From: an uncultured Pseudomonadales bacterium
GTDB lineage: Bacteria > Patescibacteriota > Microgenomatia > UBA1400 > PJMF01
DNA length: 64,000 bases
NCBI GenBank assembly: GCA_964457085.1
Contig: CAYWDM010000005.1
Location: forward strand, 12,065-76,064
Direction of reading: 5' to 3'
Below the pieces are notes generated by a model. That model searched no databases. It was given only the letters and a program-made list of their open reading frames with translations, and was not told the origin of the DNA. Shown piece after piece: positions 1 through 9,857 of this stretch; position 1 is the first letter of the stretch; each line of letters opens with the position of its first letter. A program made the translations under genes and the position numbers.

Positions 1-2
1 AA

Positions 3-929
3 CAAAAGGCCAAAGAGCCTGTGCTGAGTTTCGCCAAGCCCATCAGACAAACCATCACTCAAACACTTGATGCTTCAGGTTTGGTTGATGCCAAAGAAAA
101 AGCTCTACTTCGTTTTGTGGCAGGCGGCAAATTAACCTATCTCGGTGCCAAAGAAGGCGATGTAATTAAAAAATATCAAACCATTGCCCGCATCGACGCC
201 CGTGATCTTCAAAAAAGACTTGAGCGCAGTCTTAACACCTATTCACAGCAACGAAATAGTTGGGATCAGACCTTAGATGACACCAAAGATCGTGCCATCG
301 CCACTAAAGAAAATCGCACTGTAAACACTAACCAGTTAACCTTAAATAACACCGTCATCGATGTAGAATTGCAAGATATCGCCATTTCTAACGCAGCAAT
401 GACCTCACCAATCGCAGGTATTTTGGTAAGTGCTCCCACTGCAGTTTCTGGTGTAGTCATTGGTGCCACTGATACTTTTGGGGTTGTTAATCCCAGCACC
501 CTAGTTTTTCAGGCTGAAGTTGATGAGGCAGATATCGCCAAAGTCTCAGTTGGCCAAAAAGCGGCACTGTACCTTGATGCATACCCAGATCGTAAAATTG
601 AAACCTACGTCAGTTACATTGGATACCGTGCCATTAACACCAGTAGTGGCACCGCATTCCTAGTTGAACTACCGATCACCGCTGAAAATGCCATTGATAC
701 CTACCGACTCGGTATGAATGGTGATGTCAAAATTGAACTAGCCACTAAAGCAAATGTGTTAACTGTGCCACTCTCAGCCACCAAAGAACGTAGCTCAAAA
801 ATGTATGCTGATGTTAAGTCAGGCGACAATCAAGCCACTGAGCGAGAAATTGAAGCTGGCCTACAAACCGAAGATGTGGTGGAAGTCATCTCTGGTCTAA
901 GTGAGACAGATGAAGTTGTCCAACCATAA
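3..929 (+). CDS. Efflux RND/MacA-type periplasmic adaptor (membrane fusion protein), 5'-truncated by the window edge
   Basis: Frame is open from base 3. Lipoyl/coiled-coil/beta-barrel layout with motifs 'SPIAG', 'EVDEADIAKVSVGQ', 'RLGMNG', 'VEVISGL'. Directly upstream of an ABC ATPase and permease. Confidence 0.85.
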   Translation, partial: QKAKEPVLSFAKPIRQTITQTLDASGLVDAKEKALLRFVAGGKLTYLGAKEGDVIKKYQTIARIDARDLQKRLERSLNTYSQQRNSWDQTLDDTKDRAIATKENRTVNTNQLTLNNTVIDVELQDIAISNAAMTSPIAGILVSAPTAVSGVVIGATDTFGVVNPSTLVFQAEVDEADIAKVSVGQKAALYLDAYPDRKIETYVSYIGYRAINTSSGTAFLVELPITAENAIDTYRLGMNGDVKIELATKANVLTVPLSATKERSSKMYADVKSGDNQATEREIEAGLQTEDVVEVISGLSETDEVVQP

Positions 930-941
930 GTAAGTTAATTC

Positions 942-1700
942 ATGGCAAAAAAAACCAAGACCTCACCAGCTGCACCAAAAGCAATTGAGACTCCAGTAGT
1001 TCTTGAACTCAGACGTGTTTCAAAAGTCTATAAAATCGGTGATCAAACTATTCGTGCCCTAAATCAGCTCTCACTTTCCATTCATGAGGGTGAATTTGTA
1101 GCAGTCATGGGACCATCCGGATCTGGGAAATCCACTTTTCTACAAATTGCCAGCATGCTCGCAACTCCCAGTAGTGGAGAGATTTTTATCAAAGATCGCA
1201 ACGTCACTGCCTACAATGATGTGGAAAGTGCTCACCTGCGAAATAGCGAAATCGGTTTTGTATTTCAACAATTTAATTTACTGTCAAAAACTCCAGCAAT
1301 TGAACAAGTGGCACTACCACTAATTTACACGCCTGGCGTCACTGAACACGAGCGCATGCGACGCTCAAAAGAAATGCTGGAAAGATTTGGACTAGGAGAT
1401 CGGCTTCACAATACACCAGGAGAACTATCAGGTGGTCAACAACAACGTGTGGCCATTGCTCGGGCGTTGATTAATAACCCAGCCATCATTTTTGCCGATG
1501 AGCCAACCGGAAATCTTGATTCAAAAAGTGGCAAAGACGTAGAACAAATTTTAATGGAGTTAAACGAGGAGGGTCGCACCATCATCATGGTAACTCATAG
1601 CCAAGAGGCTGCAGAAATCGCCAAGCGCGAAGTCTTCATTAAAGATGGTGAGATTTTCTCTGACAAACCAATTACAAAACGTCGTGCCTACAAAAAATAA
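942..1700 (+). CDS. MacB/LolD-family ABC transporter ATP-binding protein
   Basis: Walker A GPSGSGKS, GFVFQQFNL, LSGGQQQRVAIARAL, DEPTGNLD, MVTH. Confidence 0.95.
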   Translation: MAKKTKTSPAAPKAIETPVVLELRRVSKVYKIGDQTIRALNQLSLSIHEGEFVAVMGPSGSGKSTFLQIASMLATPSSGEIFIKDRNVTAYNDVESAHLRNSEIGFVFQQFNLLSKTPAIEQVALPLIYTPGVTEHERMRRSKEMLERFGLGDRLHNTPGELSGGQQQRVAIARALINNPAIIFADEPTGNLDSKSGKDVEQILMELNEEGRTIIMVTHSQEAAEIAKREVFIKDGEIFSDKPITKRRAYKK

Positions 1701-1702
1701 AC

Positions 1703-2929
1703 ATGGTTATTAAAAACACAGTCCTAGTCGCACTCAAAGCCATTTACGTAAACAAAGGTCGTGCATTATTGACAATGCTTGGCGTGATAATTGGTGTCGC
1801 ATCCGTAGTCTTATTAACTGCTATCGGCAATGGCTTGCAGTCATATATTTCTGATCAATTTGAAAGTCTTGGTTCCAATAACGTGATTATTGCACCAGGC
1901 ACAGTTTTCAAGAAAAATGCAGACGGTAGCAGAACTTTTGGCAGTCGAGATTCACAGGCCAGTAGTATTTCAAATAACAAACTCAAAATGTCGGATGTTT
2001 CCGACATTCGTAAGTTGCGAGAATATGTATCCTATGTTTCCTATGCCAACTCTGAGGCAGACAAGGCACATTTTCAATCAAAAGAAAAAGATGTCACCAT
2101 CATCGGCACTACTGAAGAATATATTAAAATTTACAATACTAAATTTACCGCAGGACGATTTTTTGATAAAGCTGAGAGTCAAGGTGGCGAGCGGGTGATT
2201 GTTCTTGGTGCAAAAGTAGCCACTGAGTTATTTGACAAATCAGATCCAATAGGCAAACGCATTAAAATCGGCACACAGCTATACACAGTTGTGGGTGCTG
2301 TTGAGTCAAGGGGTGGCAGTTTTGGTGGTCCCTCATTTGATGACTATGTGTATATGCCATATAAAACTCTTTCGCAGATTTACGACACAGAAAAAGTGCT
2401 GCAGATCTTTGCCAAAACTAAGGATAAGGAAAGTATTCCTGGGGCAATTAAAGCGATTGAAAAACAATTGGGCAAGCGACTCAATGAAGATGAATTCAGT
2501 GTCTTTGATCAAACTGAAATCCTCAAAACCATTAACGGCATTTTAAGCATGTTAACACTTGGACTTGGTGGTATTGCCGCAATTTCATTGCTGGTCGGTG
2601 GCATCGGCATCATGAACATCATGCTGGTATCTGTGACCGAAAGAACTCGTGAAATTGGCCTACGCAAAGCCCTCGGAGCCACACCAAACCAAATTCTCTG
2701 GCAGTTTTTAATCGAAGCAGCCTTATTATCAGTACTTGGTGGATTAATTGGACTAGCAATCGCCTATTTGGGAGCACTGGCAATTCAATCAGTCTTCCCT
2801 GCCAAAGTAACTATGGATGCAGTGATGCTATCTTTTGGCGTTTCCACAGCTGTGGGATTGGTGTTTGGTGCAGCACCCGCAAATCGAGCAGCTAGACTCT
2901 CACCTATTGAAGCACTACGATATGAGTAG
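1703..2929 (+). CDS. MacB/FtsX-family ABC transporter permease
   Basis: 'LTMLGVIIGVASV', periplasmic domain, 'GGIGIMNIMLVSVTERTREIGLRKALGA', C-terminal 'PIEALRYE'. Confidence 0.95.
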   Translation: MVIKNTVLVALKAIYVNKGRALLTMLGVIIGVASVVLLTAIGNGLQSYISDQFESLGSNNVIIAPGTVFKKNADGSRTFGSRDSQASSISNNKLKMSDVSDIRKLREYVSYVSYANSEADKAHFQSKEKDVTIIGTTEEYIKIYNTKFTAGRFFDKAESQGGERVIVLGAKVATELFDKSDPIGKRIKIGTQLYTVVGAVESRGGSFGGPSFDDYVYMPYKTLSQIYDTEKVLQIFAKTKDKESIPGAIKAIEKQLGKRLNEDEFSVFDQTEILKTINGILSMLTLGLGGIAAISLLVGGIGIMNIMLVSVTERTREIGLRKALGATPNQILWQFLIEAALLSVLGGLIGLAIAYLGALAIQSVFPAKVTMDAVMLSFGVSTAVGLVFGAAPANRAARLSPIEALRYE

Positions 2930-3454
2930 ATGCAGATTTTTAAATTTCTCTTAGTGTTGGTGGTGTTTTTAACAGTTGCTTGGCTCAGCATCAACACCCT
3001 GACTGCCCAAAAAATCATTCCCCTAAATCCCGTAGCTATAGTTGGATTACCCACCACCACCTGGAGTGATGCAGGAAGCACGTTGCAATCAGGTTTTCAA
3101 AATTTTAATACTTCACAATCAATTACTTCAAATGGTTGGCTTAACTCGACTTGGCAAAGTGTCCAAAAAGAGTTGGGTGCCCTAGGCACTCAAACAACAG
3201 AGGTAGCTAAACATGCTCAAAATGTCACCGGTGGCAAAGAATTAATTGGTGTTGCCAATCCAACCAACCCACCTGCACCCCAACTCGAAACAACTTCGAC
3301 ATCAGAATCAGCTAAACCAGCGTCACAAACATCAAATCAAATCACCCCTACTCCAGAACCGTTCTACACCAAGGCTTTGGACTACAGCAAATATGTCTAT
3401 TGTCAGGAAGTTGTCAGAGATTACGAGCTACAACATCCGGAGGTTAAAAAATGA
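2930..3454 (+). CDS. Hypothetical membrane-anchored/secreted protein
   Basis: N-terminal hydrophobic segment and S/T/P-rich linker. Abuts the upstream stop and overlaps the downstream start (ATGA). Confidence 0.7.
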   Translation: MQIFKFLLVLVVFLTVAWLSINTLTAQKIIPLNPVAIVGLPTTTWSDAGSTLQSGFQNFNTSQSITSNGWLNSTWQSVQKELGALGTQTTEVAKHAQNVTGGKELIGVANPTNPPAPQLETTSTSESAKPASQTSNQITPTPEPFYTKALDYSKYVYCQEVVRDYELQHPEVKK

Positions 3455-4761
3455 ACGTATCGTTGATTAAATCACTGACTCGTCCAGGATTTTTTACCAA
3501 TATCGGTTGGCTCGCCATTCTCTGTAGTTCTGCCGTCACTGTCTGTCTCTTTTGGTTGGCGAAGCAACAATACCCCGCCTTCACCAACTGGGTGCTTGGC
3601 ACACAGTTTACAGGAACCATCGGTCTATTTTGGTTGTGTTGGGCATATGTGCTCTCAATGAGGCATAGTTGGTTGGAAAAGTGGTTTAACGGCATCGACA
3701 GAGCCTATAAAGCCCATCACTTTATTGCCGTCACTGCATTTTTTACTTTACTCATACATCCTTTATTGATGGTGTTCCAAGACTTGCCAGCAAATAGTTT
3801 TGCACTCTACCTATTACCTGGAACATATTTTCCTTTCAACCTAGGCATCGTTGCACTATACGTGATGCTATTTTTAGTGGTGCTGACCATAGTCATTGAC
3901 TTGCCGTACTGGATCTGGAAGCAAACACATGAGTGGATGGGAGTGGTGCTACTACTTGGAGGGGCACATGGAATACTCGTTGCCTCTGATTTATCAAAAT
4001 ACTTGCCATTACAACTGTGGATGGTAATCTGGGTGCTGATAGCCACAGCAGCCATTATTTACAAAAGATTTTTATACTACTGGCTAACACCACCTTGTAA
4101 TTATCAGGTTGAGAAACTACAAAAAGAGAATGGTACGCTCATCATCACCCTAAAACCGCAGCTGCATAGTCATGCAATCCAATTACGACCTGGGCAATTT
4201 GGATTTCTCTCAATTCCAAACGTTGGCAGAGATCACGACGAGCATCCTTTTTCTCTCATGGAACAATCGGCACAAACAATAAGTTTTGGCATTAAGATCT
4301 ATGGTACTTTTACTGAAACACTGACAACACTTAAACCAGGTGCAGCAGTAACCCTTCGAGGTCCATTTGGACAATTTGGCGAGCATCTCCTACAAGCAAA
4401 ACAACAAGTCTGGATTGCTGGTGGCATTGGCGTCACACCATTCATTTCACTTTTAAGTGAAATCCAGCCCAATCAATCAGTCACTCTAATCTATGCCAAC
4501 CGCGGGCCTGCTCCAGCACTCTTTACAGCAAAAATAAAACAGTTTTTTGCAAAAAATAAAAAGTGCATGTATGTTGAACATGACACAGCAACACATGGTC
4601 GTTTAACCGCAGATAAAATCACCGAATATGCCGAATTAACTGCAAAAACAAGGGTGTGGCTTTGTGGTCCACCACCGATGATGATGGAGCTTGAAAAACA
4701 GCTTCCAATCCACGGAATTAAGAAAAAATATATTTATTTTGAAGATTTTTCGCTGAAATAA
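3451..4761 (+). CDS. Ferric reductase-like transmembrane domain fused to an FAD/NAD(P)H-binding oxidoreductase
   Basis: About six TM helices with paired His (AHH...IHP; THE...AHG); PGQF, HPFS, GPFG, AGGIGVTPF, CGPPPM, terminal EDF. Confidence 0.9.
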   Translation: MNVSLIKSLTRPGFFTNIGWLAILCSSAVTVCLFWLAKQQYPAFTNWVLGTQFTGTIGLFWLCWAYVLSMRHSWLEKWFNGIDRAYKAHHFIAVTAFFTLLIHPLLMVFQDLPANSFALYLLPGTYFPFNLGIVALYVMLFLVVLTIVIDLPYWIWKQTHEWMGVVLLLGGAHGILVASDLSKYLPLQLWMVIWVLIATAAIIYKRFLYYWLTPPCNYQVEKLQKENGTLIITLKPQLHSHAIQLRPGQFGFLSIPNVGRDHDEHPFSLMEQSAQTISFGIKIYGTFTETLTTLKPGAAVTLRGPFGQFGEHLLQAKQQVWIAGGIGVTPFISLLSEIQPNQSVTLIYANRGPAPALFTAKIKQFFAKNKKCMYVEHDTATHGRLTADKITEYAELTAKTRVWLCGPPPMMMELEKQLPIHGIKKKYIYFEDFSLK

Positions 4762-4781
4762 ATTACCAAATTAAATCAAAC

Positions 4782-5591
4782 TTACTTCGCACATACTCTG
4801 GTACCCACCCATTCCTTATCAGCCAAAGCTTTGTAGACATTATCTTTCTGCAATCCAGAAAGGATATACGACTCAACCCCATTCTTCAATAAATCTACAG
4901 ATTCTTGGACCTTCAATAACATGCCACCAGTAACATCGAATCCTTTAGTGCGACCAATTGCACTTTGGTATCCTGGCCAGTTTTCTGGAGTAATTCGTGG
5001 AATCACATTGCCATCAACATCAAGAACGCCGGGCACTTCAGTGATGTGAACAATTTTTTTAACCATGTAATCATGTGCCTTAAATTCTCTGGCAAAAAAT
5101 GCCAACACTTCTTCGGTTGACCAAATAGTACAGCCTTGTCCCAAATCTAAGAGCACATCACCGCCAGTAATTGGCACCATTCCTTTTGCTAAATAGCCTT
5201 CAAGCATATCTAAGAAAAACTTGGCTGGTTTGCGCTTATCTGTGATTAAAATATTACTTGGGGCCAGAGTCACTGCGGGCATTTCCTGACGGATACACTC
5301 ATAGACAACGTGACGATTTAGCTGTGCAGCACTATCTTGAACAATTGCCATACCCAATCGGCTCTCATCGTTCACAAATCCATCCATGGTGTGATATTGC
5401 GTGGCTGGCATGTGTGCAAAACTGCCCTGACCGTGGCCAATCACCAGTAATTCTTCTGGTTTTTCAGCTCGAGCTCGAGCAATTTGCTTGATCAAATCGA
5501 TCAATACTCCTTTGCGCAGAGACATCGGCACGTCTTTGTTGGTAATGATCGAACCACCTAGCTTAATTAAGTTAACAATTTTTTTTGACAT
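4782..5591 (-). CDS. Isopentenyl phosphate kinase (amino-acid kinase superfamily, archaeal-type IPK)
   Basis: LIKLGGSIITNK, HGQGSFAH (IPK-type His), PITGGDV, DVTGGM..KV. Confidence 0.8.
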   Translation of the reverse strand: MSKKIVNLIKLGGSIITNKDVPMSLRKGVLIDLIKQIARARAEKPEELLVIGHGQGSFAHMPATQYHTMDGFVNDESRLGMAIVQDSAAQLNRHVVYECIRQEMPAVTLAPSNILITDKRKPAKFFLDMLEGYLAKGMVPITGGDVLLDLGQGCTIWSTEEVLAFFAREFKAHDYMVKKIVHITEVPGVLDVDGNVIPRITPENWPGYQSAIGRTKGFDVTGGMLLKVQESVDLLKNGVESYILSGLQKDNVYKALADKEWVGTRVCAK

Positions 5592-5630
5592 ACAGATTTA
5601 TTGCTCCGTAAAAGATTAGTATACAAAAAC

Positions 5631-6260
5631 TCATACATTTTGGCTCAAGATGTTTTGGGCCTGTAGTGCTGTTGGTAGTAATATCTTTTGGCCCAACAGG
5701 CTTTGAGCTGCAATCAAAGAGGTTGGCCTAATATTTTGCCAATCATTATTGAGAAAATCCTGCAATTTTTCGAGTGGAATTTCCAGCAACTCTTCGCCCT
5801 GTGGTAGTCTCCCACTCAAGTCATTCATTTGCTGCCAAGTGAACTCCACAAGTGGCAATGCAAAAACATAAAATAAAACATGCCCATCATCCCTGCGAAT
5901 TTGCTCAACTTTTCCAACCATCTCTGGTTTCCCACGCAACTGGTCAGGATGCAAAATAATGTCAGGCTTCTGCAAACTGCGGGTTTCTTCTGTAAATTCT
6001 CGACCGAAAGCATTTGGAACAAAAACTTCAGGTAGTTCACCGTCTTCCAGCTCAACCTTGCCACTCCACAATGCCCTCATTCCTTGAGCAATAGTAGTCA
6101 TTTCTACATCGTATGTAACACCAGTCATCGCATTTTCGACAACTCGTTCACGCTTGCCAAAATCTTCCTCATTCACAGGCCCCATCACAAAATTACCATT
6201 GAAAAAGGTAATTCCAACAACACCCGTACCTTGTTTAATTTCACTCATATCACACTCCAC
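5631..6260 (-). CDS. Hypothetical protein with a divergent Nudix-box-like motif
   Basis: 'SGKVELEDGE...AFGREFTEET' resembles GX5EX7REUXEEXG with altered spacing. Confidence 0.5.
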   Translation of the reverse strand: MECDMSEIKQGTGVVGITFFNGNFVMGPVNEEDFGKRERVVENAMTGVTYDVEMTTIAQGMRALWSGKVELEDGELPEVFVPNAFGREFTEETRSLQKPDIILHPDQLRGKPEMVGKVEQIRRDDGHVLFYVFALPLVEFTWQQMNDLSGRLPQGEELLEIPLEKLQDFLNNDWQNIRPTSLIAAQSLLGQKILLPTALQAQNILSQNV

Positions 6261-6567
6261 ATAGTTTCATGGCTAATGCCTCAACTAGTCGATCCTGATT
6301 ACCGATTGTTGCTGTAGCAAACCATTCATCGATTCCGACGTCCTCATCACCGAGCTCAGCTTTGGTGAGTGCGTACAACACCTCACTCATTAAAGTTATA
6401 AATTGTTCACCCAACGCCCCAACAAACTTTCCAGAGTCATAGTTCAGCCCACATTCTGGACAGACTGGCCTATCTTGGGTGTATATAGCCCCACACATGC
6501 CACAACTAAAACCCAGTTCAAATCTAAGTCGCTCAGCCCGCAGCCTCCAGTTTCTGGGTATTTCCAT
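6250..6567 (-). CDS. DUF35/ChsH2-like N-terminal zinc-ribbon protein
   Basis: Start re-assigned to ATG 6567. 'MEIPRNWRL..ER....CGMCG......RPVCPECG' matches the DUF35 N-terminal helix plus CxxC-x10-CxxC ribbon. Confidence 0.65.
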   Translation of the reverse strand: MEIPRNWRLRAERLRFELGFSCGMCGAIYTQDRPVCPECGLNYDSGKFVGALGEQFITLMSEVLYALTKAELGDEDVGIDEWFATATIGNQDRLVEALAMKLCGV

Positions 6568-6636
6568 GACACTGTATGTGTCGAAAGTCACAACAAAAAA
6601 CACGCAACTGAAGTGTGTTGCGAAAATCACCACCGA

Positions 6637-7395
6637 TTAAGCATCATTTAAAAATCGAGTGAAATCAATCAGGTTCATTTTGGTAGCTTTGAGTAGTTTG
6701 TATATCAATACTGCAGATTCGCGCGGACGACTGAGCAACTGATCTTTTTTGGTTCGAATTGTATTTAGTGCTCTTACGCAATCTCCATGACTTGGTTCTT
6801 TTGGTGCCATCCACATCGCAATCTGATCAAAAGCATCAACTGATTCTGTTGCTGCTGGAGCAACGCGCCATTCAACTCCAATCATGTTTTTTCCATCGGC
6901 AATTTGCCTGATATAACCAAATGCAATTCCCAAAGTAGTTTTTGAAACATCAATACCTCTTTTTACGCCTTCGCGGAAGTGATCTAGCTCATGCTCGATT
7001 GTTTCTAACCACTCTTTCTTATCAACTGGTATTAGAGGATATCCGTCTGCTCGAGCACTCTCGACCTCCTCTTCTACGATTTGGAACCAGCGTTCAGCAT
7101 GAGTTTTATCAAAATTTACAATATTAGCTTGAGATTGAAAAACTGTGTTAAATCCTAGGTATCTCTTATCAGCCTCAGTGAGATGTGGCAAGTCGTCTAG
7201 CCATATAGTAGATGGTTTTTGAATCTGGATTCTCACAGCAGCTCTCAGCTTGGCCTCTCCTTCAGGTGACATGATTTCAGTCCCGCTTAATACATGATTC
7301 AGGCCATCTTCAGCAACGGGAGTCTGCAACTCCTGGCTGCGATCTAGTTTGTGTGGAAGCGATTCATCTTTTGGAGCAACTTGATTTTCTTGCAT
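6637..7395 (-). CDS. Hypothetical protein with HExxH (zincin-like) motif
   Basis: 252-aa ORF containing 'TIEHELDHF'; no other family recognised. Confidence 0.6.
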   Translation of the reverse strand: MQENQVAPKDESLPHKLDRSQELQTPVAEDGLNHVLSGTEIMSPEGEAKLRAAVRIQIQKPSTIWLDDLPHLTEADKRYLGFNTVFQSQANIVNFDKTHAERWFQIVEEEVESARADGYPLIPVDKKEWLETIEHELDHFREGVKRGIDVSKTTLGIAFGYIRQIADGKNMIGVEWRVAPAATESVDAFDQIAMWMAPKEPSHGDCVRALNTIRTKKDQLLSRPRESAVLIYKLLKATKMNLIDFTRFLNDA

Positions 7396-7441
7396 TATGC
7401 AGACTCGTTGTGAATCTAGGTTTTATTTAAAAAAATGGTTG

Positions 7442-9787
7442 TTAGAGCCGAGCTCTAACAGAAATTTCCTGTTCCACCATATCACGGTCTTTGCCATATT
7501 TGAGTCTTGAGAGCTGTTTGACCATCTCTGCTAATTTAGGATTCATTCGAGCCTTAACCATATCCATGTCTTTGGCCAATGACATTGAGAATGAGGGCAC
7601 AGGCTCGTTATTGACGATGGTTTTGATATAGACATGGAATTTCTCAATATTAGCCAAATCATTTTCATTAAATGTTGGGGCAAATTCATGCTGCAAGAAG
7701 TTGGCGTCAGTGACACCGACACGGAATGAGACCATGGTACCCACGTTACCAAAGACAGCGTTCTTCACTTCTTCATCAATCTGACCAATAAACTGGTTAG
7801 CCACAATCAAATTGAGCTTGTACTTACGCGCCTCAGACAAAATCACTGCAAAATCTTCGGTTGCATAGTTCTGGAACTCGTCGACATACAGATAAAAATC
7901 TGTGCGCTGATCCATCGGAATATCTTGACGACTCATAGCAGCAGTCAAAACTTTGGGCACCAAAATCAGACCCAAAAACTTGGCGTCTTCCTCACCCAAG
8001 ATACCCTTACTCAAGTTACACAAAATAATTTTCTTCTCATCCATTGCTCTGCGGAAATTAAATGCACTAGCAGGCTGGCCAATAATATTACGCATGGTCT
8101 TATTGGTCACAAATCGACCAAATTTAGAGACGATGTAATCAAGCACCTCTGACTTGTGAAAATCACTAGTCTGTGCGATTTGATCAGTCCAATATCGTTT
8201 TACCATGGGATCTTTAATCAATGGCAACAACTCTTCAACAAATTTTTGATCAGTGAGACAGCGCACCATCTCGATAAATGTGCTTCCCTTGCGACACATA
8301 ATCGTTAACATAGCATTACGAATAGCATGTTCAAACCGAGGTCCAATGATACCAGTGCGATGTGGATCATAGAGCTTGTACATCAATCCAATAATTGAAC
8401 CAGCTACAAAATGCATCTGCTCTTCAGTATCTGCCTCCATCATGTTCAGGCCCATTGGTCGAGTTAGATCTGATGGGTTGAAATAAATGACATCCTCAAC
8501 ACGCTCTGGTGGCAGCAGTTGCAAAATATCTTCCACAAACTCACCATGTGGATCTATGGCACAAACACCTTTGCCATTTTCGATATCCTGTAAAATCATT
8601 TCTTTGAGAAACTCAGACTTGCCGGTACCTGTCTTGCCGACAATGTACATGTGCCGTTGACGGTCTTTTTCAGAAATATAGACATCTCGTGATTCACCAC
8701 GGTACTGTGACTTTCCCAAGTACAAACCGCTGTTTGGAATCAAGGCTGGAGCTGGAGCATTTTTAGCAATCAACCATTGAATATGATGTGTCTCAACTGT
8801 TTTGTTGGGAAAATGGATGATCGTAGCCAACTCTTCAGTATTGAGCACTGAAGTACCCCAAGACCAAATTGGCATATATCGATAAATAAAATCGATCATG
8901 AAGAAGTGACCGAAAACAAATTTGTTACGTTGAAAGTTATTATGTGGTGAGCTAAATTGAGCAAAAGCACCCACAATGTTATTGAGATGGGAGTCAGCGT
9001 TATATTCATTTGGAGATGAAACCACTACACGAAGTGCAACTTTGAAGCCAGGCTTATCAATCTTAGTATTGATTGCCTCCATTTCTTTCGGATCATGACT
9101 ATAGGTAGCCTTGTTTGGATCAGCTTCACGTTTCTTTTCTTTTTGCATGAAGCTACGGCCTGATTCCTGCCATGAGCGACTCAGTGGTTGAATAGTTAAC
9201 TGGACGATTGCACCTTCACCTTCACCCATTTTTGAAAGTGCGGAAGTAATCAGCGATAGACCATCAGTTGGCAAATCTTTGAAGGTTTTAATTGGTAAAA
9301 ATTTACCTTTTTCTAGTGACAGTTCAGCAAAGGCTACTCGACCTTTTTCATTGAAAATATTAACCTCATCCACTTCTCTAATTTCAGCTGTTGGATAAGC
9401 ACCATTTATTTGTTTTTCTACCAAGTCGCGAATTTTGCGAGGACAGCTGACATAAAAAGCAATTTGCTCGCGCAGTGCCACAATCTCGAAGCTAATTACT
9501 TCCTCTGGCTTCAAAAAGTCAAACCAACCGACATGTTTAATTGAATACAATCCAGCAAACATTTGCTCAGCTGCATCAATCTTAATCTCGTTTTCTTTGG
9601 GTAAACGAACCATCAAAGTCATGAAGTCGAGTGCATCTCGCTCACGATGACGGTGTTTATAAACAACAAACAAAATATATCCGAGGCCCGCCAAAACCAA
9701 AGCTAATGCTAGCCCCCATCCAAACCACAATAGGTACTCATTGGCTTTTGTAATAAAGTCAGTTGAGTCGAACGCACCTCCATTCAT
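7442..9787 (-). CDS. VirD4/TraG-like (type IV coupling protein/HerA-FtsK superfamily) membrane ATPase
   Basis: N-terminal TM helix; RHMYIVGKTGTGKS (Walker A), IDPHG, LYVDEFQN (Walker B), SEARKY, ANQF, GNVGT. Start moved to ATG 9787, 6 nt below a TACAAT box. Confidence 0.85.
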   Translation of the reverse strand: MNGGAFDSTDFITKANEYLLWFGWGLALALVLAGLGYILFVVYKHRHRERDALDFMTLMVRLPKENEIKIDAAEQMFAGLYSIKHVGWFDFLKPEEVISFEIVALREQIAFYVSCPRKIRDLVEKQINGAYPTAEIREVDEVNIFNEKGRVAFAELSLEKGKFLPIKTFKDLPTDGLSLITSALSKMGEGEGAIVQLTIQPLSRSWQESGRSFMQKEKKREADPNKATYSHDPKEMEAINTKIDKPGFKVALRVVVSSPNEYNADSHLNNIVGAFAQFSSPHNNFQRNKFVFGHFFMIDFIYRYMPIWSWGTSVLNTEELATIIHFPNKTVETHHIQWLIAKNAPAPALIPNSGLYLGKSQYRGESRDVYISEKDRQRHMYIVGKTGTGKSEFLKEMILQDIENGKGVCAIDPHGEFVEDILQLLPPERVEDVIYFNPSDLTRPMGLNMMEADTEEQMHFVAGSIIGLMYKLYDPHRTGIIGPRFEHAIRNAMLTIMCRKGSTFIEMVRCLTDQKFVEELLPLIKDPMVKRYWTDQIAQTSDFHKSEVLDYIVSKFGRFVTNKTMRNIIGQPASAFNFRRAMDEKKIILCNLSKGILGEEDAKFLGLILVPKVLTAAMSRQDIPMDQRTDFYLYVDEFQNYATEDFAVILSEARKYKLNLIVANQFIGQIDEEVKNAVFGNVGTMVSFRVGVTDANFLQHEFAPTFNENDLANIEKFHVYIKTIVNNEPVPSFSMSLAKDMDMVKARMNPKLAEMVKQLSRLKYGKDRDMVEQEISVRARL

Positions 9788-9857
9788 ACTTCCATTGTAG
9801 AGAAAAAAAACACTTTGGGGTAGTGGTTTGAAAACCACTGTGAAACTGCCAAAAAAA

